Source of the DNA: Verrucomicrobiota bacterium JB022
Lineage (GTDB): Bacteria > Verrucomicrobiota > Verrucomicrobiia > Opitutales > Oceanipulchritudinaceae
Assembly: GCA_030673845.1 (NCBI GenBank)
Contig: JAUTCQ010000012.1
Location: forward strand, 307,218-371,217
Length of the DNA stretch: 64,000 bases
Direction: 5' to 3'
Part shown: positions 9,495 to 18,533 of the stretch, piece after piece
Layout: the number at the start of each line of letters is the position of its first letter
How positions within the stretch are numbered: position 1 is the first letter of the stretch
The notes under the pieces: model-generated
What the model saw: the letters and a program-made list of their open reading frames with translations, nothing else
The model's database searches: none
What the model was told of the DNA's origin: nothing
Made by a program: the position numbers and the translations under genes

Positions 9495-11432
9495 ATGTCT
9501 TCCGAAAAAGTTTCCATCCCCGAAGAGATGCAAGGCCGCCTGCGGCTCGTCTTCATCTCCAGCGCCTTCCTCATCGCGGGCCTCTTGCTGCCCTTGTTAC
9601 GGCCCGACCAGGCCCTGCTGGGCAGCATGCTGGCGCTGATCGGTGCCGTTGTCATCGCCGCACCGATCCTGATCGACGTGATCGGCTCGATGCGCACCTC
9701 GGGCTTTGCCGCCACCCAGTTTTATATGGACCAATATGTGGTCCTCGCCCTCGCCGCCACCCTCGCCACCGGCAAATACGTGACCGGCGGGATCGTCGCG
9801 ATCATCCTCGTGCTCGGCCAGATGCTGGAAGAGCGCACCGTGCTGGGGGTCGAAAGTGCCCTTGCCCGCCTGCGCAAGCTCTCGGAAGTCCGGGCGCGCC
9901 GCCTGCGCGACGACGGCACCGAGGAGGAGGTCGACGCCGCCGAGCTGAAGGTGGGCGAGCGCGTCCGCATCCGCCCTGGCGATTTTGTCCCGACCGACGC
10001 CTTGGTGATCAGCGGCCACTCACAGCTCGACCAGGCCAACATCACCGGCGAGTCCTTGCCGGTCGACGCCGGTGAAGGTGCGGAGATCTTTGCCGGCACG
10101 ACCAACCTCACCGGCCTACTCGAAGCCCGCGTGGTGAAGGAAGCCGGTGACACCGTCGTGGCCAAGGTGCAGCAGATTATCGAAGAGGCCAAGGAGTCCG
10201 AGGCCCCGATCATCCGCATGGCGGAAGACTACGCGCGCTATTATACGCCGTTGATTATCCTGATCGCGGCTTGCGTCTTCTTCTTTACCCGCGATGTCGA
10301 CCGCGCGATTGCGGTGCTGATCGTGTCGATCCCCTGCGCCTTCGTACTCGCCAGCCCGTCCGCCATGGTCGGGGCGATCTCCAGCGCTTCGCGCCTGGGC
10401 ATGCTGATCAAGAGCACGCGCAACCTCGAGCTGGGCCGCCAGATCGACACGGTGGTCTTTGACAAAACGGGCACGCTGACCCAAGGCGTGCTGCGGGTGG
10501 AAGAGATCCGCACGCATGGCGGCTGGACCGAAGAGGCCGCCCTGGCGCTTGCTTCCGCCCTGGAGCAGCACTCGAACCACCCGGTGGCCAAGGCAATTCG
10601 GGAGGCCGCGCGCCACCTGTCGCTGCCCGAAGTGCAAGACTTGAGCGAAGCCCCAGGGCGCGGCGTAACGGCAACCGTGGGCGAGCAGCGCGTGCTGGTG
10701 GGCCGAAAGCTGTGGCTGGAGGAGCAAGGCGTGACCGTCGAGGGGCTGCCGACCGACCAGCCGCTGAGCTTGATTCACCTCGCGGTGGACGGCCAGCAGA
10801 TCGCGACTTTTGGGCTGGCCGACCAACTGCGCCCGGAAACGGCGGAGGCGCTGGAGCGTCTGCGCTACATCGGGATCGAGCGTTTTGTGATGCTGACGGG
10901 CGACCGCCAGCCGGTGGCGGAGGCGATTGCGGCGCGCGTAGGCATTGCGGAGTTTCGCGCCGAGTGCCTGCCGGAAGACAAGCAGATCGAGATCACCAAG
11001 CTGAAGGAAAGCGGCTGCAAGGTGATGGTGGTCGGCGACGGTCTCAATGATGCCCCGGCGCTTGCTTCGGGCGACCTGGGCGTGGCGATGGGCGCCCTCG
11101 GCAACGATGTGGCCGTCAACACCGCCGATGTGGCCCTGATGACAAACGACCTGCGCCGCCTGGCCGACCTGCTGGAGCTGTCGCACCGCACGGTGGGCAT
11201 TATCAACCAGAACCTGCTTTGCGGCTTTGGGCTGATCGTGGTCGCCATCGTGCTGTCGACCGCAGGCTTTGTCAGCCCGATCCTGGCCGCATTTTTCCAC
11301 GAGTTCAGCGCATTTTTTGTCATCTTCAACAGTGCTCGCCTGATGCGTTTCGATGGGCTGGAAGAGGAGTTGGCAGAATCGAACAGAATAGAACCGGAAG
11401 CGAACCCCGGCACAGTTCCGGCTCTGGTTTGA
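9495..11432 (+). CDS. Heavy-metal-translocating P-type ATPase (P1B, short-N-terminus P1B-4-like) with atypical 'IPC' TM motif
   Basis: A-domain 'TGES' (ITGESLPV), phosphorylation motif 'DKTGTLT', hinge 'GDGLNDAPAL', and the P1B N-domain 'HP' motif (SNHPVAKAI). The TM6 motif is 'SIPCAF' where P1B pumps have CPC/SPC. No N-terminal metal-binding domain. The start is 3 nt after the previous stop. Confidence 0.85.
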   Translation: MSSEKVSIPEEMQGRLRLVFISSAFLIAGLLLPLLRPDQALLGSMLALIGAVVIAAPILIDVIGSMRTSGFAATQFYMDQYVVLALAATLATGKYVTGGIVAIILVLGQMLEERTVLGVESALARLRKLSEVRARRLRDDGTEEEVDAAELKVGERVRIRPGDFVPTDALVISGHSQLDQANITGESLPVDAGEGAEIFAGTTNLTGLLEARVVKEAGDTVVAKVQQIIEEAKESEAPIIRMAEDYARYYTPLIILIAACVFFFTRDVDRAIAVLIVSIPCAFVLASPSAMVGAISSASRLGMLIKSTRNLELGRQIDTVVFDKTGTLTQGVLRVEEIRTHGGWTEEAALALASALEQHSNHPVAKAIREAARHLSLPEVQDLSEAPGRGVTATVGEQRVLVGRKLWLEEQGVTVEGLPTDQPLSLIHLAVDGQQIATFGLADQLRPETAEALERLRYIGIERFVMLTGDRQPVAEAIAARVGIAEFRAECLPEDKQIEITKLKESGCKVMVVGDGLNDAPALASGDLGVAMGALGNDVAVNTADVALMTNDLRRLADLLELSHRTVGIINQNLLCGFGLIVVAIVLSTAGFVSPILAAFFHEFSAFFVIFNSARLMRFDGLEEELAESNRIEPEANPGTVPALV

Positions 11433-11436
11433 AGCC

Positions 11437-12105
11437 ATGGGGTGGCGCACGCTCAGTCTCGGCTCGGGGTGGTTGGTGGCAGCCGGCTTGCTGGCGTGGA
11501 TGAGCCTTCGCCCCACGGATGAGCCCGCCCGCTCCCCTGCCCCGGCAATGCGCGAGCTGGCCGCGCCCGACCAGACGGCCAAGCTGATCGAGCTGCATGA
11601 ATCGGTCTTTGCACTGACAAACGATTTGCGGCGTGCCCAGAGCCGAATTGGCGAGTTGGAGGCCGCCTTGAGTGCGCGACCGACCGAAACGGCTCTGGTC
11701 GAGCAACCCCCGGTCTTCCATGCACCCGGGGGTCGGGACCCCAACGAGGCCAACCTCGTGGCGCAACTCGGCTTTGCCGACCGTGAAGCACTTAACCGCA
11801 CGCTGAAGCATTGGGTGATTCAGGACCCGCCGGCCGCCACCGCCTGGCTGAACGAAAACGCTTCCAGCCCAGTGTTTGACGACAGCATCCATCTGGTAGC
11901 GCAGTATCTGGTCGCGCAGCAGCGCTATGAGATGGCCTACGAGTGGGCGGCTTCGATCCACGACCTCGCTCGTCGCCAGCAGGCGGTGACGGAGGTGTAT
12001 GCCGATGCGTATCGCAGCGGCTCGATGGACGAGCAGACGCTAGAGAACTCCGGCCTGCCCGAGGCCGTCGTCGCCAGCATCGAGCGGGGCGACTTCTTTG
12101 ACTGA
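11437..12105 (+). CDS. Hypothetical membrane-anchored protein (last gene of SPFH/ATPase operon)
   Basis: 222 aa with an N-terminal hydrophobic anchor (LSLGSGWLVAAGLLAWMSL) and then a helical region (…LRRAQSRIGELEAALSA…). It starts 5 nt after the ATPase stop. I recognise no known domain. Confidence 0.5.
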   Translation: MGWRTLSLGSGWLVAAGLLAWMSLRPTDEPARSPAPAMRELAAPDQTAKLIELHESVFALTNDLRRAQSRIGELEAALSARPTETALVEQPPVFHAPGGRDPNEANLVAQLGFADREALNRTLKHWVIQDPPAATAWLNENASSPVFDDSIHLVAQYLVAQQRYEMAYEWAASIHDLARRQQAVTEVYADAYRSGSMDEQTLENSGLPEAVVASIERGDFFD

Positions 12106-12116
12106 GGCACAAAAAA

Positions 12117-12142
12117 GGCCCCGGCAGGTGTTGCCGGAGCCT
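12117..12142 (-). terminator. Rho-independent terminator (CCGGCA-GGTGT-TGCCGG) serving the pectate lyase gene; hairpin shared by convergent operons
   Basis: A perfect 6-bp inverted repeat is immediately preceded on the + strand by AAAAAA, which is a U-tract on the minus-strand transcript. It sits between the convergent stops at 12105 and 12167. Confidence 0.6.
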
Positions 12143-12166
12143 GGGTAAAGCCTGTTGCAGAGTCGA

Positions 12167-13714
12167 TTAGCTGATGGTGTCGACGTTGTTGCCGAGGTTC
12201 AGGTAGTCGATGTATTCCTGCGGGTTGGTGCCGTTGAGGTATTCCTCGATGTTGGTGTAGCCATCGCCGTCGGCATCTTCAGCGGCATCGGCGGGGTTGT
12301 GCGGGTCGAGGCCGTAGCGGATTTCCCACTCGTCGGGCATGCCGTCGTTGTCGGAGTCGACCGGCACTTCGTCGGGCGAGAAAGTGTAGTTCGGGTAGCC
12401 GCCCACTTCCTTCGGGTCGTCGATAATACCGTCACCGGAAACCACCTTGCCCGTGCGGACCGACTCGATCACGCGCTGGTCCACCGAGTCGCGGCGGGGC
12501 AGCGTGGCACCGACCTTTGCGAGGACGGATTTGTAGGCCTCGTGGGCGGTCTCCTGCTTGACCGGCCAGCCTTCGAAGGGCGTGTAGACGCGGGCGAACT
12601 GCTTGAGCTTTGCCTCGCTGTCGAACATTTCCATCTCGTCGAGATCTTCGACCTGGACGCCCTTCCAGTTGTCCTTGGTCACTGCGGGGTGGCCTTCCAT
12701 CACGTTACCGGCGATGTACCACTTGCCGGGGCGGGCGGGAGCCTTCGGATACCAGTCGCCGGCACGCCACTCGCTGCCGGGCGAATACATGTTGCGGACG
12801 TTGGGGGTCAGGCGCACCAAGACATCCTTCATGTCCTTGCTCGCGGCCGGGCCGGGCTTGTAGTAGTTGTTGATGACGTTGATCAGCGAGGTTTCGTCGC
12901 CGCCATCCATCGTCCGGTGGCCCCAGTTGAACACCACGTTGTTGCGGTAGTCGAACTCGCCGGACATCCCGATGGAGGGGTTGCGGGCGGTGTTGCTGGC
13001 AAAGAGGTTGTGGTGGAAGGTGGAGTCCTTGCCGCCCCAGGTGCCGCCGAACGCGTGGTTCTTGGCGTTGAGGGCTTCGCTGGAAATGGACCACTGGATG
13101 GTCAGGTTTTCGACCGGGTACTTACGGTCGCCACCCTTTTCCTGAGGCTCCATGCGGCGGTAGAGCGAGAGGTTTTCGTCCATGCCCCAGCTGGAGGAGC
13201 AGTGGTCGATGATGATCTGGCCGATGGGGTTGCCGCCAATGTTATCCGAACCTTGTCCGCCTTCGGGACGTCCGCGGCGGGAGCGGAGGTGTCGAACGAT
13301 GACATTGCTCGTGTTGATATTGAGCGAATTGTAGGCGAGGCAAATGCCGTCGCCCGGGGCCGATTGGCCAGCGATCGTGATATCGGGGTGGTTGATGTCG
13401 ATATCCGACTCAAGCTCGATGATGCCGGCGACGCGGAAGACCACGATGCGGGGGCCTTCGGCTTCGGCTGCCTCACGGAAGCTGCCGGGGCCGCTGTCGT
13501 TGAGGTTGGTGACGATCATCACCTTGCCGCCACGACCGCCCGTGGCCTGCATGCCGCCACCCCAGGCACCGGGGAAGGCCGGGATCTTGAGATCCATGCG
13601 GATCGGGTGCGGCGGGATCTGGCCGGGCTCGGGCACGGTCTTTTCCTGCGCGAAGGCAGCGCTGCTGCCCAGAAGCGTAAGGGCGGCAAAAAACGAGGGG
13701 AGGGTTACTTTCAT
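12167..13714 (-). CDS. Pectate lyase, polysaccharide lyase family 1, secreted, with C-terminal thrombospondin type-3-like Ca-binding repeats
   Basis: Signal peptide MKVTLPSFFAALTLLGSSAAFA; the start is set at this Met inside the longer ORF. PL1 motifs 'IIDHCSSSWGMDENLSLYR' and 'NLFASNTARNPS'. The C-terminus carries DxDxDG repeats (DSDNDGMPDEWE, DADGDGYTNIEEY). Confidence 0.85.
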   Translation of the reverse strand: MKVTLPSFFAALTLLGSSAAFAQEKTVPEPGQIPPHPIRMDLKIPAFPGAWGGGMQATGGRGGKVMIVTNLNDSGPGSFREAAEAEGPRIVVFRVAGIIELESDIDINHPDITIAGQSAPGDGICLAYNSLNINTSNVIVRHLRSRRGRPEGGQGSDNIGGNPIGQIIIDHCSSSWGMDENLSLYRRMEPQEKGGDRKYPVENLTIQWSISSEALNAKNHAFGGTWGGKDSTFHHNLFASNTARNPSIGMSGEFDYRNNVVFNWGHRTMDGGDETSLINVINNYYKPGPAASKDMKDVLVRLTPNVRNMYSPGSEWRAGDWYPKAPARPGKWYIAGNVMEGHPAVTKDNWKGVQVEDLDEMEMFDSEAKLKQFARVYTPFEGWPVKQETAHEAYKSVLAKVGATLPRRDSVDQRVIESVRTGKVVSGDGIIDDPKEVGGYPNYTFSPDEVPVDSDNDGMPDEWEIRYGLDPHNPADAAEDADGDGYTNIEEYLNGTNPQEYIDYLNLGNNVDTIS

Positions 13715-13912
13715 ATGATCAGTTCGGGGATTGCGGATATCTTCGCAGAATGGGACAACATCTATGAAAACCGCAAAAACCGGCATCCGTTGCAATTCAA
13801 CCATAATAACTTACACCACGATCATCTGATGAACGTTCAACGGCAGACCCAGCCAGTTTCACCTCGGTTTTCATGAGGTTGGCCTTGAACAAACCGGCTG
13901 CGACAGCCCGCG

Positions 13913-15364
<1,452 letters not shown>

Positions 15365-15407
15365 GCGCTCATTCGATGCTCAATTACAGAACCTGCAACC
15401 TCAAAAG

Positions 15408-15424
15408 CGGTCAATTTTTGACCG
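15408..15424. promoter_or_regulatory. Palindrome CGGTCAA-TTT-TTGACCG, candidate enhancer/UAS for the adjacent bEBP
   Basis: Perfect 7-3-7 inverted repeat. It lies about 100 bp upstream of the putative -24/-12 element and 44 bp upstream of the divergent bEBP gene start. Confidence 0.4.
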
Positions 15425-15523
15425 GGCATGCGATCAGCCGTTGATCAAAAACAGTTTACACAAGCGTAACCTGTGCTCCAAAGCGGTGATGGCGAAGGCT
15501 TTGACCGCGTAACCTGAACGTGA

Positions 15524-15539
15524 CGGCACGGCGGATGCC
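15524..15539 (+). promoter_or_regulatory. Candidate sigma-54 (-24/-12) promoter 'cGGCACggcggaTGCc' for the TonB-receptor/phytase genes
   Basis: GG at 15525-15526 and GC at 15537-15538 have the canonical 12-nt offset and match TGGCAC-N5-TTGC with 2 mismatches. It lies about 60 nt upstream of the TonB receptor start codon and next to a divergent sigma-54 activator gene. Confidence 0.45.
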
Positions 15540-15598
15540 AAGAAGGAGGGCAACTTGTGACTGAGCCTACCCAACTGCATTGCTGAAAACCACTTCCC

Positions 15599-18409
15599 AT
15601 GATTCGTAAAACCCTCCTCTCGCTGAGTTCGCTGGCGCTGATGCTGGCCTCCGGCTCCTCTCTCTGGGCCGATGGCACCGTAACCGGGATCGTACGCGAC
15701 GCGCAGACCGGCCTGAGCCTCGAAGGCGTCCAGGTGTCCGCCAACGGCGCCACCACCACGACCGACCGCAGCGGCCGCTACTACCTCCAGCTCCCCGCCG
15801 GCACGCAAACGCTGCGCTTCGACTACCTGGGCTCCGAGACCAAGAGCCAGGTAGTGGACGTGGCCGACGCCCGCACCGCACAGGCCGACATGAGCCTAGG
15901 GCTCGAAATTTTTGAAATGGATGCGTTTGTGGTCCAGGGTCGCGCCCTCGGCACCGCCCGTGCGCTCAACCAGCAGCGCGTGTCCGACAACCTGCGCAAC
16001 GTGGTCTCGGCCGACGCCATCGGCAAGTTCCCCGACGAAAACGCCGCCGAGGCCCTTTCCCGCCTCCCGGGCGTCTCCATCGAGCGCGACCAGGGCGAAG
16101 GCCGCTTCGTGATCATCCGCGGGATCGACCCGGAGCTCAACAGCGTGTCGATCGACGGCGTGGCCCTCGCCACTCCTGGCGCGGACGAGCGCAAGACGTT
16201 GCTCGACACCATCCCGACCGAGACTCTCGCCTCCCTCGAAGTGACCAAGGCCGTGCTGCCCGACCAGCCGGGCGACTCCATCGGCGGCCACATCAACCTC
16301 GTGACGCCCAGCGCGTTCGACCGCGACGAGCGCTTCATCACGGCCTCCGGCGCCGCCCTCTACTCGGACTTGACGGACGAGTTTGGCTACAAGTTCAGCG
16401 CCTTCTATTCCGACTTCCTCGATGCCGACCGCAAGTGGGGCATCGCCCTCTCCGCCGTCGCCTCCGAGCGCAAGTTTGGCTCCGACAACATGGAGTCCGA
16501 GCCTTGGGAGCTGGTGGAGGGCGACGATGGCCAGGAATACTGGGCCATGACCGACGCGATGGAGATCCGCGAGTACAACCTGAGTCGCGAGCGCCACGGC
16601 CTGAGCTTCAACCTCGATTACCGCCCCACCGACACGGCCCAATACTACCTGCGCGGCAGCCTGAGCGAGTATACCGACCAGGAAATCCGCCACGCCGGAG
16701 TGCTGAGCTTTGGCGAAGAGTGGGAAGATGAAAACGAGGACGAAGGCGACATCACCGAGTTCACCGGGCTGGGCGACAACGGCTACACCGCCGAAAATGT
16801 GGGCCTGGCCCGCGAGATCAAGGACCGCGAAGAAACGATGTCGATCTACGCCATCTCCGCCGGCGGCCTCAACCGGATCGACAGCCTCACGCTCGATTAC
16901 AAGGCTGGCTTCTCCTTCGCCAAGGAAGAGACGCCTTACGATTTCGAGGCCAAGTTCGAACTGCTCGAAGACGCCAACCACACCGACCCGAGCGACGGCG
17001 ACTTCGAGGTCTACCGCATCAATCCCGACTTCGCCTTCAGCAATACGCGCGGCGATACGCTGGGCATCAACTTTGCCGGCCCAGGCTCGGACATCGACCC
17101 CTACGACGCCAACAGCTACGAATTCGATGAAGTCGAGGCTGCCCGTCAGGACGTGGAGGAAAAGCATTACACGGCCGAATTCAACGCCCGCTACGACTTT
17201 GAAGACAGCTTCCAGAGCTACGCCAAGGTGGGCGGCATGGTCCGCGCCAAAAACAAGACGAGCGACGTCAGCGTCCGCGTCTCCGACGACAACCCGGGCG
17301 ACCTCGACGAGCTGGCCGGCTTTGTCGAGAGCGACGTCCGCGATGCCTACCGCACCCGCCTTCCGCTCGTGACGGAGAGCATCCGCGATTACTTCCGCGC
17401 CAATGAGGGCGCGTTCGCGATGGAAGACGACCTCGAAGGCAACGTGGTCGAAGACTTCGATGCAGACGAATACGTGTGGGCCACCTACGCGATGGGCGGC
17501 ATGACCTTCGGCCAACTGAACGTGATCGCCGGTGCCCGCCTCGAGCATACCGACTTCCAAACCAAGGGCTTCCGCTATGATGGCGACAGCGAGATGGTGA
17601 CCGAAACGGAGTTCGAGAGCGACTACACGAACTTCCTGCCCGGCGTGCACTTCCGCTACGAGATCACGCCCGACTTCATCGCCCGCGCCTCGTGGACGAA
17701 TGCCTTCGCCCGCCCCACCTTCGCCCAGCTCTCACCGGGTATCGTCGTCGATGGCGACGAGATCGAACAGGGCAACCCGGAGCTGGATCCCTATGAATCC
17801 ATGAACTGGGATGCCTCGCTCGAATACTACTTCCAGAACCTGGGGGTGGTCTCCATGGCGGTGTTCCACAAGAAGGTCGACAACTTTATCTACGGCTACG
17901 AATTCACCGACGACGCCACGGGCAACGACATCAGCACCTACCGCAACGGCGAATCGGGCGACATTACCGGCGTGGAGCTGGGCTACCAACAGCGCCTGAC
18001 CTTCTTGCCGGTCGAGGGCTTCACCTTCCTCGCCAACGCCACGTGGTCGGAGAGCGAGGCCGAAGTGCTCGAACGCGGCGACATGCCCTTCGTCAAGCAG
18101 TCCGACCTGGTGGGCAACGTCGCCCTCTCCTACGACTACGGCAACTTCTTTGTCCGCGTCTCCGGCACTTACCGCGATGGCTACCTGGACGAGCTGGGCG
18201 AAGAGGCCTTGGCCGACCGCTACATCGACAGCCACTTCCAGGTCGACATCAGCGCGTCTTACACCTTCGCCCACAACTGGACGGTTTTTGCCGACCTGAT
18301 CAACGTGACCAACGAGCCGCTGCGCGCTTATTGGGGCGAATCGGGTCGCCTCGCGCAGTTCGAGGAATACGGCTGGTCGGCTGTGCTCGGCCTGAAGTGG
18401 AGCCTGTAA
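15599..18409 (+). CDS. TonB-dependent outer-membrane receptor with N-terminal carboxypeptidase-regulatory-like domain
   Basis: 936 aa with a signal peptide and a 'GTVTGIVRDAQTGLSLEGVQVS' CarbopepD_reg-like domain. The plug region is '…NVVSADAIGKFPDENAAEALSRLPGVSIERDQGEGRFVIIRG…'. The long beta-barrel has an aromatic-rich C-terminus. Confidence 0.85.
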   Translation: MIRKTLLSLSSLALMLASGSSLWADGTVTGIVRDAQTGLSLEGVQVSANGATTTTDRSGRYYLQLPAGTQTLRFDYLGSETKSQVVDVADARTAQADMSLGLEIFEMDAFVVQGRALGTARALNQQRVSDNLRNVVSADAIGKFPDENAAEALSRLPGVSIERDQGEGRFVIIRGIDPELNSVSIDGVALATPGADERKTLLDTIPTETLASLEVTKAVLPDQPGDSIGGHINLVTPSAFDRDERFITASGAALYSDLTDEFGYKFSAFYSDFLDADRKWGIALSAVASERKFGSDNMESEPWELVEGDDGQEYWAMTDAMEIREYNLSRERHGLSFNLDYRPTDTAQYYLRGSLSEYTDQEIRHAGVLSFGEEWEDENEDEGDITEFTGLGDNGYTAENVGLAREIKDREETMSIYAISAGGLNRIDSLTLDYKAGFSFAKEETPYDFEAKFELLEDANHTDPSDGDFEVYRINPDFAFSNTRGDTLGINFAGPGSDIDPYDANSYEFDEVEAARQDVEEKHYTAEFNARYDFEDSFQSYAKVGGMVRAKNKTSDVSVRVSDDNPGDLDELAGFVESDVRDAYRTRLPLVTESIRDYFRANEGAFAMEDDLEGNVVEDFDADEYVWATYAMGGMTFGQLNVIAGARLEHTDFQTKGFRYDGDSEMVTETEFESDYTNFLPGVHFRYEITPDFIARASWTNAFARPTFAQLSPGIVVDGDEIEQGNPELDPYESMNWDASLEYYFQNLGVVSMAVFHKKVDNFIYGYEFTDDATGNDISTYRNGESGDITGVELGYQQRLTFLPVEGFTFLANATWSESEAEVLERGDMPFVKQSDLVGNVALSYDYGNFFVRVSGTYRDGYLDELGEEALADRYIDSHFQVDISASYTFAHNWTVFADLINVTNEPLRAYWGESGRLAQFEEYGWSAVLGLKWSL

Positions 18410-18440
18410 TACCGAGCCCTTTGCTCTGAACGAAACTCGG

Positions 18441-18474
18441 GCGGGCGCGGTCCCAATCCTGCGCCCGCCCGTCT
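18441..18474 (+). terminator. GC-rich stem-loop (CGGGCGGGCGC…GCGCCCGCCCG) between TonB receptor and phytase genes
   Basis: 11-bp perfect inverted repeat with a 12-nt loop. The 3' tail (tctcttatcc) is only moderately U-rich. It may be an intra-operon attenuator or a weak terminator. Confidence 0.4.
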
Positions 18475-18533
18475 CTTATCCGCCGCCGCCACCCTGCCGC
18501 CGGCGCATCCGTGAACTATCCCATCTGCCCAAC

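Noticed and set aside
10116-11801. 561-aa minus-strand ORF overlapping the P-type ATPase and downstream gene
   Set aside because: It is an antisense shadow ORF of arginine/alanine-rich composition. The + strand carries the DKTGT and GDGLNDAP motifs.
13768-13792. Sigma-54-like 'GGCATccgTTGCA' near the pectate lyase promoter region
   Set aside because: The GG-to-GC spacing is 10 rather than 12 nt, and it is on the wrong strand for the minus-strand lyase gene.
12155-13876. 573-aa + strand ORF overlapping the pectate lyase gene
   Set aside because: It is a V/G/A/D-rich shadow ORF. The minus-strand product has unmistakable PL1 motifs and a signal peptide.
15896-17650. 584-aa minus-strand ORF inside the TonB receptor gene
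   Set aside because: It is an antisense artefact of the GC-rich receptor gene, with V/G/A-rich composition and no motifs.
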